Shown piece by piece: positions 48,773 through 56,150 of a DNA stretch of 64,000 nt (the stretch's first letter is position 1; each line of letters begins with the position of its first letter). The position numbers were made by a program, and so were the translations under genes. The notes beneath the pieces were generated by a model, which searched no databases, was not told the DNA's origin, and was given only the letters and a program-made list of their open reading frames with translations. The stretch comes from Cenarchaeum sp. (GTDB lineage Archaea; Thermoproteota; Nitrososphaeria; Nitrososphaerales; Nitrosopumilaceae). The DNA lies in NCBI GenBank assembly GCA_963693095.2, contig OY843768.1:256001-320000 (forward strand). Reading direction: 5' to 3'.

Positions 48773-49872
48773 TACTGCCGATCAAAAGTCCGTGCCGCAT
48801 TCCAGCGACGTCCGGCCCAGGTATGCCATCACGTCGAGCCGGTACCTCGTGTGCCTGAAGTGCCGTGACACCGCCGTCCGCATATCCACCATGGTGGGGT
48901 AGTGCTCGGAGACCAGCAGCGCCCGCTTTGCCTGCCGCCACACCTCCTCGATCGCGTTGAGGTACGGCGAGCCGGTGGGCAGCTCGATCAGCCTCACCGC
49001 CCTGTGGGCGCGAAGATAGTCCTTCACCGCCGCGGCCCTGTGCTGCGGCGCCCTGTCGACGATCACGGCGACCCTGCCGAACTTCCTGTGCATGTCGCGC
49101 AGGAACGCGACAAACGTCTCCGCATCGAACCTGTCGTGCACCCGGAAGATCTGCTTCCCGTCAGTGGAGATCGCGCCGTACACCACGACCCTCCTGTGTC
49201 CCCCGGTGTACGGGGCGACGACGGGGACGCCCACGCGCGACCAGTACTTTGATCCGTCGGCTGCGCCGTGCACGGCGATGGTCTCGTCCTGCACTACGAT
49301 GGTGAATCCCGCGCGCCTGAGGCGCCTTATCTCGCGCCGCACCCGGCGCCGCCAGCCGGCGACAGTCGGCCCGTCGGCCCTGTTCACGTGCACCAGGCGC
49401 GTCCGCTTGGCGGAGAGGCCGGCCCTGCGCATTATTTTCCTGACGTGCGACATGTGGAACCTCACGCCGGTGGCCCGCTCGATCTCCAGCATGACCTCTG
49501 CGGGCGTGACGCGCCCGGGCATTCGGCCAATCAGGCGGCCAAGCTTCTGCCGCGCGACCAGCGGCGGCCTGCCGGGGCGGGGGCGGTCCCGCAGGGCCTC
49601 GACACCGCCACTCCGGTAGCGCGCGACCCACTTGCCGACCCACCTGGGGCACTGCACGAGCGCAAGTGCGACCTCCTCGCGCGTCATCCCCAGGTTCTCG
49701 TGCATGTTGACCGCGGCAAACCTGTACCTGACGTCGCCGTCCCTCTCGTCGCGGAGTGCCCTGCGGAACGCTTCCAGCTCTTGGCCTTCCATGCAGGGCG
49801 TGGGGAGGGGCGATCCATATAGCATGCGGGTCGGGAAAGTTTGATCATGGCACGAACTTTTGCTCGTCAGTA
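48773..49872 (-). mobile_element. IS630-family insertion sequence
   Basis: TIRs TACTGCCGATCAAAAGTCCGTGCC and reverse complement TACTGACGAGCAAAAGTTCGTGCC; TA duplication at 48771-48772 and 49873-49874. Confidence 0.92.
48782..49792 (-). CDS. IS630-family transposase
   Basis: HTH 'W..RY..GG...L.DRPRPGRPP', 'QDET', 'VDRAPQH', 'LPTGSPYLNAIEEVW...K'. Confidence 0.92.
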   Translation of the reverse strand: MEGQELEAFRRALRDERDGDVRYRFAAVNMHENLGMTREEVALALVQCPRWVGKWVARYRSGGVEALRDRPRPGRPPLVARQKLGRLIGRMPGRVTPAEVMLEIERATGVRFHMSHVRKIMRRAGLSAKRTRLVHVNRADGPTVAGWRRRVRREIRRLRRAGFTIVVQDETIAVHGAADGSKYWSRVGVPVVAPYTGGHRRVVVYGAISTDGKQIFRVHDRFDAETFVAFLRDMHRKFGRVAVIVDRAPQHRAAAVKDYLRAHRAVRLIELPTGSPYLNAIEEVWRQAKRALLVSEHYPTMVDMRTAVSRHFRHTRYRLDVMAYLGRTSLECGTDF

Positions 49873-50338
49873 TAGCTCTTATTCTTATTCCTTTGAAACT
49901 CGAAAATTTTATTTTGCTGACGACTCTGCACATAGAGCGCAATTGATGGATTTATACGGCGACGGGCATAACCCGCTTAACATTATTGCAATCCACGATG
50001 TATATAATACTCCGTTGCACTATTCTGCCATCTCTGAAACTCTGTATCAAGTAATTGCTGACGGAAATATTCCATTTATTGGTCAATGGGGTTCTCTTGG
50101 CGATGTTTGTCGTGGAGTTTCGATTGTGGTCGATCATGGGATTTTTGATCAGGATGTTTTGAAATTACTTGATGAACTTGATCAAGATTACGCCGCTAGA
50201 ATCACCCGTGACAAATTTGGCTATTTTCCGCCATTGCATCAACCATAGTCAAATCCGTGCCCCTTGTTCATTATAATGTGCGTCAACTGCGCAGCAGTTG
50301 GAGCATCTGAGGTGCTGACCTCACGCGTGCGCCAGCGG

Positions 50339-50659
50339 GGCTCTGTCCATGAATGATTCCGCAAAAGGATAGCAAAGCTTTTAGATCAAGGGCAGGCCGA
50401 CTCAATAGCCCCTAGATCGGCGCGCCGGCCCCACCGCAATGACTGCAAGGAACAGGGGATGCGCGAGCTCGAGGGCGGTCTTTGCCACCCTCGTGTAGCT
50501 GTGCATGGGGGCGATCCGTAGGGAACCAGGGGCCGTGGGAAACCGCCTCGTCGGGGCAGCACTGCCTTGATCCCGGGCGTGATCCGGCATCGGGGAGCCA
50601 GAACTTCACACCGTGCCATTCTCCGGCTCTGTGGCCCGCGCCCACTCGTGGACAGGGCA
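50339..50659 (+). mobile_element. Second internally deleted (MITE-like) derivative of the IS5-family element
   Basis: Left end near-identical to 45153 onwards; degenerate right end ACTCGTGGACAGGGCA. Confidence 0.75.
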
Positions 50660-50703
50660 CTGCGTGCCTGATCACTTTTAAAGCCACGCCTGCGCGGCGG
50701 GGC

Positions 50704-51624
50704 ATGATGGCCAGGGCAATCCCCCTAGCGGTGCTCGCGCTCGCGGCGCTCATTCCGGTTGCGGCCGCCGAGACGATCACCGTCGATCTTGACGGGCAGG
50801 ACATTGACATCACGTATGAGGCAACTGATGTTGAGGTTCTTGGCGCATACTTTAGCGGCCCATCGATCTTTTTTGAAGTCGAACCTTCCGGTAGTCAGGG
50901 TTCCTTGGTCGTGACGCTTGAGCGCAGCGTGATCGACACGTTCAAGATAGCCGGCGAGGATTCGCCGTACATTGTGCTGCTCGGCGTTATAGAGATCGAC
51001 ACGTTTGAGGAGTCAGACACGACTGCAACGAGCCGAACGCTTCGCATACCGCTAGAGTTTGACACTGCCGAGATCGAGATTTTGGGCGAGATTGTCGGCG
51101 GATCGGCCGAGCCTGCGGCTAGCACGCCTGAAGAGCCTGTCGATGACGTCCCTGTGGACGATGCCATGATGGCCGATGTCCCCGAGGACACCACCGCAGA
51201 GCTCCCTGATGACGTGGCGCCTGCGCCGCCTGCCCCGCCGGAGGACGCGACATCGGATGTCTCTGAGGAGCCGGCGATGGAGGCTGGCCAGATGGAGGAT
51301 GGTGCGATGATGGAGCAGGTGGAGGATGCAATGATGATGGAGGATGACGCAATGATGCAGATGGAGGACGGCATGATGGAGCAGACGGAGGGCGAGATGA
51401 TGGAGCCTGACGCAATGGATGACACCATGATGCGCGACTCGTCGCCCGTGTGCGGACAGGGCACAGTTCTTGCCGCTGACGGCATGACATGTGTCCTGTC
51501 GTCCATGTCCTCCTCGCAGCCAGTCTCATACAGGGAACTCGTCTTTGGCGCCGGTGCCGGATTTGTCATATCGATAATACTCGTTATCATAATGGTCGGC
51601 ATTGGACGCGCCGCAAGGCCATAG
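50704..51624 (+). CDS. Exported, C-terminally anchored acidic protein with a Met/Asp/Glu-rich tract
   Basis: Signal peptide, beta-rich domain ('G.L.VTLERS.ID...F.E..TT..SRTLRI...EIEI.G'), 'MMEQVEDAMMMEDDAMMQMEDGMM', CG.GT...C motif, terminal TM helix. Confidence 0.75.
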   Translation: MMARAIPLAVLALAALIPVAAAETITVDLDGQDIDITYEATDVEVLGAYFSGPSIFFEVEPSGSQGSLVVTLERSVIDTFKIAGEDSPYIVLLGVIEIDTFEESDTTATSRTLRIPLEFDTAEIEILGEIVGGSAEPAASTPEEPVDDVPVDDAMMADVPEDTTAELPDDVAPAPPAPPEDATSDVSEEPAMEAGQMEDGAMMEQVEDAMMMEDDAMMQMEDGMMEQTEGEMMEPDAMDDTMMRDSSPVCGQGTVLAADGMTCVLSSMSSSQPVSYRELVFGAGAGFVISIILVIIMVGIGRAARP

Positions 51625-51630
51625 CGCGCC

Positions 51631-52302
51631 TCACTGTGCGACAAGCTTTTTGATTAGCCCCTCTATGCGCCCACCAGAGGCGTCCTGGCCAAAGGCGACG
51701 TCGTGCAGCATGCCCTTTCGGTCAACGAGTATGCTCGATGGCGTCCCGCGCAGCCGGTACATCTCAAAGGTCGATGCGGTGTACTCTTTTTTTGACAGGT
51801 GGTCGCGAACCTGGGCCATCACCTGCTCCCTGTATGGGGCCGGCTTTGAGTCAAAGTCCGGCAACTGCGAGTGGATGAACTCCATGACCTGGGCTGTGTC
51901 TGCCCCGCCGGCCGGCGCCTTTTCGAGGCGGTCAAGGCCGACTGGAAACGGTATCTTGTAGGTGAGCCTGTTGCCGTCGAGTAGGCCGTTCTGGCCCAGC
52001 GCGCCGAGCGTGTCGCCGATGACCTCGCCGGTCTCTAGCAGGAGGCGCAGGTTCTCTGGCGTGTTCTTGTCATGGTCCTCAAATGCCGTCGCGACGCCTA
52101 GGACGCGCACGCCCTCCTCGCGGTACTTTGTGTATATCGAGACGGCCTCAGGCAGCGCATAGACAAAGCAGCCGGGGCAGTTGACCTGAAAGACCTCGAC
52201 GAGGACGACGTGGTCATCCTCGGCATCAAGGTTTGTCGGCAGGCCCTGAACCCACTCGGAGACATCCAGGTTTGGCGCCCTCTGCCCTATCTCCACGTCC
52301 AT
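51631..52302 (-). CDS. Thioredoxin-like / AhpC-TSA family redoxin
   Basis: 'APNL.VSEWVQG', 'EVFQVNCPGC', 'LRGTPS.ILVDRKG'. Confidence 0.82.
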   Translation of the reverse strand: MDVEIGQRAPNLDVSEWVQGLPTNLDAEDDHVVLVEVFQVNCPGCFVYALPEAVSIYTKYREEGVRVLGVATAFEDHDKNTPENLRLLLETGEVIGDTLGALGQNGLLDGNRLTYKIPFPVGLDRLEKAPAGGADTAQVMEFIHSQLPDFDSKPAPYREQVMAQVRDHLSKKEYTASTFEMYRLRGTPSSILVDRKGMLHDVAFGQDASGGRIEGLIKKLVAQ

Positions 52303-52689
52303 TGGCTCACGCCGCATGCGTGTTGCGATAAAAACATAGCTGCCCCATACACGCCCGTGAGGGCCGCCCTGGCCGTTCATGCGCAACTGTGCTGCGCCGG
52401 CGCCATGCTGCCCCCTGGCAGCCCCGTCTCTGGCGCAACATGGCCGCGTGCCGTCCCCGGACGCCAATGGTGGCCGGAGCACCCCTGTTCCCCGCCACAC
52501 AAAATGTGGGAGCGCGAGGGCAACGCGGCCTGCCATGCGGTGCGCGATTCGCAATGCTTGCGCGCCTGCGCGACATGAATGTGGAAGCACCTGGCATTGC
52601 GGGGCACTGCATCATCCAATCATCAACATTACGTGTCGCCGATGCCGCACCGCGCGCCACACCATGGCAGGCCGTGGCGCCACCATACA

Positions 52690-53430
52690 CTAGAGGAGAA
52701 ACTCGGCGGCATTCCTTCCCTCCGCGGTAAGGTGAACCCATCGGTTCCTGCCGACCTTTTTGACCTTGACAAAGCCCCACCTCGACTCTAGTGGCTGTAT
52801 GATGTTCTTGTCGAGGCTGGCAAAGCGCACCTGTGAATAGTTTCCCTTTGGCGAGCTTATCTTTATGATCCCCCTGTCATCGACTGCCTGCGCGAGGTCC
52901 TTTTTTGTGATCTTGCCGCCGCTCTCGCTTATTATCCCTAGCGTGCTGACTAGCCTGGGCTCTGGCGTCTGGATCTCGTATGAGGGAATGCTGACTATCT
53001 CCTTTATGCCTGTCGAGATCTGCCTGCCCTCAAAGGCCGCATAGTTTTGGGCCTCTGTGTAGAACGGCGTCACGTTGTGGCCAGGGTTGAACATCATGGT
53101 GGCCATCATTCCGGCGATCGCCTGGATCTTTGAGCCTGATGCGAGGTTTACAAACACGTCGTTGCCGGCCTCGACGTCGAGTATGTGCCTTATCGCCCTG
53201 ATTATCCCAAAGAGCGCGCGCCGGTCATGGGGCTCGCGGATGACCTCGATCCCGCCGCCCTCTAGCGCGTCGGCGACCTGCTCTATTATGCCGGTGGCCT
53301 TGTCCTCGGCGGGCTTGTCGTGAACCAGGAGCCACACGCGCTCGGCCTTTAGCTTGCCTGCGGGCATGACTATGCGGTCGACCTCGTACCCTATGGGGGC
53401 GATGTGGACGCGTGCTCTCACTATCGACAT
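52690..53430 (-). CDS. DUF6293/HFX_2341-like regulator (CARF-like N-domain plus winged HTH)
   Basis: 'VHIAPIGYEVDRIV.P', 'VFVNLASGSKIQAI', C-terminal wHTH '..PLE.RWGFV...GRNR.V.LT.EG'. Confidence 0.75.
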   Translation of the reverse strand: MSIVRARVHIAPIGYEVDRIVMPAGKLKAERVWLLVHDKPAEDKATGIIEQVADALEGGGIEVIREPHDRRALFGIIRAIRHILDVEAGNDVFVNLASGSKIQAIAGMMATMMFNPGHNVTPFYTEAQNYAAFEGRQISTGIKEIVSIPSYEIQTPEPRLVSTLGIISESGGKITKKDLAQAVDDRGIIKISSPKGNYSQVRFASLDKNIIQPLESRWGFVKVKKVGRNRWVHLTAEGRNAAEFLL

Positions 53431-53493
53431 TGTATGTTCAGTATCCACACTATGTTGATGATACATAATAAACTATACTCTGTATCCACACGC

Positions 53494-53907
53494 ATGACAC
53501 AGTCGATCGCCCTTGACACGTGCGTCGTGATAGCGATGCTTGAGCGGCCCCGCCTTGCACGGTCCATAAGGAAGGCCCTGCGCGGCAGGTGCGGCAGGGT
53601 CTTTCTGCCTGACACGGTCATAGACGAGGTTGGGCGCGTCCGTGGCCATGGCGCACGGTCCGTGAGCGGCAGGATCGCGCGCCTTCTTGGCAGGGACATC
53701 TCTGTCATCGTGACCACGCCGGCGCACCGTGAGCACGCGCGCAAGCTCACGTCGCGCTATGCTGTGTGCCACGCCGGCGACAACCTGATCGTCGCAGTCT
53801 GCGCCGCTCTTGACCTCGCCCTGCTCACCTTTGATCGCATGCTCCTGACGGCCTGCTCGTTTGTGGGCATTGCGGCGTTTCGTCCATCCGAGATGAGGGG
53901 ATTCTAG
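53494..53907 (+). CDS. PIN-domain protein
   Basis: 'ALDTCVVI', 'TVIDEV', 'H.GDNLI', 'LLTFDR.L'. Confidence 0.8.
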   Translation: MTQSIALDTCVVIAMLERPRLARSIRKALRGRCGRVFLPDTVIDEVGRVRGHGARSVSGRIARLLGRDISVIVTTPAHREHARKLTSRYAVCHAGDNLIVAVCAALDLALLTFDRMLLTACSFVGIAAFRPSEMRGF

Positions 53908-54051
53908 GTGCGCACCACAGAACGCATCCTGTCAGCCGCGCGCCATGGTGGTGCGGCGTGCCGGCCCCACCTGGCGCTGCGTGGCCATGCTGGGCTCGTC
54001 GAGTGCGTCCACGCGCCTGCGCGCCCAGTGCAGCGGACGCTTGATGATGAC

Positions 54052-54444
54052 ATGCTGCCGCTGCAGGATGCGCGCACGGAGAGTGACATAAAGCACCAGC
54101 ATATTGTCTACCGCCTTATCAACGGAAAGCGCGATGTGCCCGAAACGCCGATTGACTTTCTTGGAACCACGCGCGAGATGGAGGGGCTCGTGTATGGCAT
54201 GGAGAACTTTATCTGCCTCACCAACAAGAATGTGGCCAGGGGCGGGTTTGTCCAGTTTATGCGCCTTGAGCGTGATGAATGGTATGTTGACATTCCTATC
54301 AACATGGGCAGGGGCTGGGATGGTTATGTGTGGGGCTGCGATGCGGACACGCGCCTGCTCACCGACACGCTGCGCCTCTTTTTTGAGGAGGTTCCGTGGT
54401 TTGGCATGCTGCCCTGGACAATGCGCCGCGTCGCGCATTCCTGA
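54052..54444 (+). CDS. Hypothetical protein
   Basis: Plausible coding bias; 'FVQFMR...WYVDIP...LFFEEVPWF'. Start is uncertain. Confidence 0.5.
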   Translation: MLPLQDARTESDIKHQHIVYRLINGKRDVPETPIDFLGTTREMEGLVYGMENFICLTNKNVARGGFVQFMRLERDEWYVDIPINMGRGWDGYVWGCDADTRLLTDTLRLFFEEVPWFGMLPWTMRRVAHS

Positions 54445-54492
54445 GCCCTGGCCGGGAAAGGTATAATTGGCTCTGGCCTGCGCGCGCGGACG

Positions 54493-54936
54493 TTGAGGAT
54501 CACAAGTCCGGCATTTGCCGACGGTGGGGAGATTCCGCGCCGGTGCGGGTACAAGAACGGCAACGAGCGGCCGACCCTCCTGGTTGCTGACGTGCCCGAC
54601 GGCGCTAGGTCGCTTGCAGTCATCATGGACGATCCTGACGCAGTCGCCGCAGTCGGCAAGCAGTGGGTCCACTGGACGGCGTGGAACATTGGCGCTGACG
54701 CAGCCGAGCTCTCGGCGTCGCTGCCTGCAGGCGCACTGGAGGGGACGACTGACTTTGGCGAGGTCGGGTATGGGGGGCCTGCCCCGCCTGACGGCGAGCA
54801 CACGTACCTGTTTGCGCTCCATGCGCTTGACACAACGCTTGATCTCGCAAGCGGCGCGACTAGGGCAGAGCTCGACTCGGCGATACACGGGCACATTGTG
54901 GAGACTGCGATGCTCCGTGGCCGCTATGCGCCCTAG
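54493..54936 (+). CDS. YbhB/YbcL (PEBP/RKIP-like) protein
   Basis: 'ITSPAF..G.EIP', 'MDDPDA', 'WVHW..WNI', 'YGGPAPP...H.Y.F.L.ALD'. Confidence 0.92.
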   Translation: MRITSPAFADGGEIPRRCGYKNGNERPTLLVADVPDGARSLAVIMDDPDAVAAVGKQWVHWTAWNIGADAAELSASLPAGALEGTTDFGEVGYGGPAPPDGEHTYLFALHALDTTLDLASGATRAELDSAIHGHIVETAMLRGRYAP

Positions 54937-55060
54937 GAGGCTCGTGGGACGTCGCTGCCCTGTTGCGCACGCAGGCAAACAGCCGACGTGGCCGTGGCGC
55001 CTATGGTGGCTGACGGCAGCCAGAGTTTTAAATATCCCCAGAGGCGCTGGGGCGGCTAGC

Positions 55061-55513
55061 ATGAGCACCTCGACAACACAGAGTTGCGGCACATGGATGA
55101 TGTTGGAGGACTGGAAACAAGTCAAAGACATCACAATCACGTTTTCGAATGGTGACCCCATAGCATCCGGGCCAGAGCCAAATGGTGACCCCATAGCATC
55201 CGGGCCAGAGCCAAATGGTGACCCCATGGCATCCGGGCCAGAGCCAAATGGTGACCCCATGGCATCCGGGCCAGAGCCAAATGGTGACCCCATGGCATCC
55301 GGGCCAGAGCCAAATGGTGACCCCATAGCATCCGGGCCAGAGCCAAATGAAGAACCCGTGCGGATAATTTCTAGAGGCGTCGAAGAGATCATACACTATA
55401 GCGAACAACGCATGGAATATGGAAAGCTATATCCCATAGAATGGTATGGTGAAAAGTTTGTGCTAGTAAAGCGTGATAACAAGATCACCATGTTGGCTGA
55501 AGATGAAGTTTAA
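55061..55513 (+). CDS. Hypothetical protein containing an 11-aa tandem repeat
   Basis: ATG about 25-30 nt after TTTTAAATA; the ORF stays open through the repeat. Confidence 0.6.
   Translation: MSTSTTQSCGTWMMLEDWKQVKDITITFSNGDPIASGPEPNGDPIASGPEPNGDPMASGPEPNGDPMASGPEPNGDPMASGPEPNGDPIASGPEPNEEPVRIISRGVEEIIHYSEQRMEYGKLYPIEWYGEKFVLVKRDNKITMLAEDEV
55148..55345 (+). repeat. 33-bp tandem repeat x6 (AATGGTGACCCCAT[A/G]GCATCCGGGCCAGAGCCA; NGDP[I/M]ASGPEP)
   Basis: Directly read; units differ at a single position (order I,I,M,M,M,I). Confidence 0.95.
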
Positions 55514-56150
55514 AGTTGGCGGCAAGGTCAGCGGAATGCCAGTGGCATGATGCCCGCTATTGGGCTTGGATTAAAGTAGAATAAATGGACAGATGTGCCA
55601 ATTACACGGTGTGACGGCCGTGTGAAACATGCCACAAAACATGTCATTGACACACATCATGGCAATGTGGGGGCTGTTTCCTGTAAACAAGTCTGCTGTA
55701 CACAAAAGGGTCATGGCCACCTTCCCCTCAAAGCAATGAAAAATGTTTCCCATGTGTGTGTCGTGAAAGATGGCGGGATGATGATCACTGTCTAGTCTGC
55801 AACCCAAAAAATCACCGACATTGGCAAATGAAAGGGTGACATGTTTGGCATTTCTAACGTTGTCATGTATGCGAAAAAAGGGGTTAGAGGGGAAAAGCCA
55901 TCATCACGAGCACGGTATCTTGCCCATGCCCACTCTGCCCGTGATGTGCCCACGGCCACGCTGGCCTCGGAGGATCCCTTGAGGATGCCGCCAGACCCCA
56001 CATATGCCGTTCGCCGACTCTGCCTGCGAGGCAGCGTCGCGCTGCCCTGCGGGAGTCATCCGCACCCAGATCTCTTCAGGGTCGTTCCCGTCATGGCACA
56101 TCGAGAGTTGCCGACAGGCCGACAAAAGAATAATAACCAATGTTTGGGCC

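Larger units (their letters stand above)
48664..50248 (+). pseudogene. Cassette gene B, copy 3, interrupted by IS630
   Basis: Removing the IS and one TA gives 109+374=483 nt, the same length as copies 1 and 2, in frame. Confidence 0.85.

Noticed and set aside
43925-50248. Cassette copies as DGR targets or integron cassettes
   Set aside because: No reverse transcriptase or tyrosine integrase is present, substitutions involve all bases, and the boundaries are explained by IS5 TIRs.
55148-55345. 33-bp repeats as a CRISPR array
   Set aside because: The units are head-to-tail with no spacers, are a multiple of 3 and lie in frame within an ORF.
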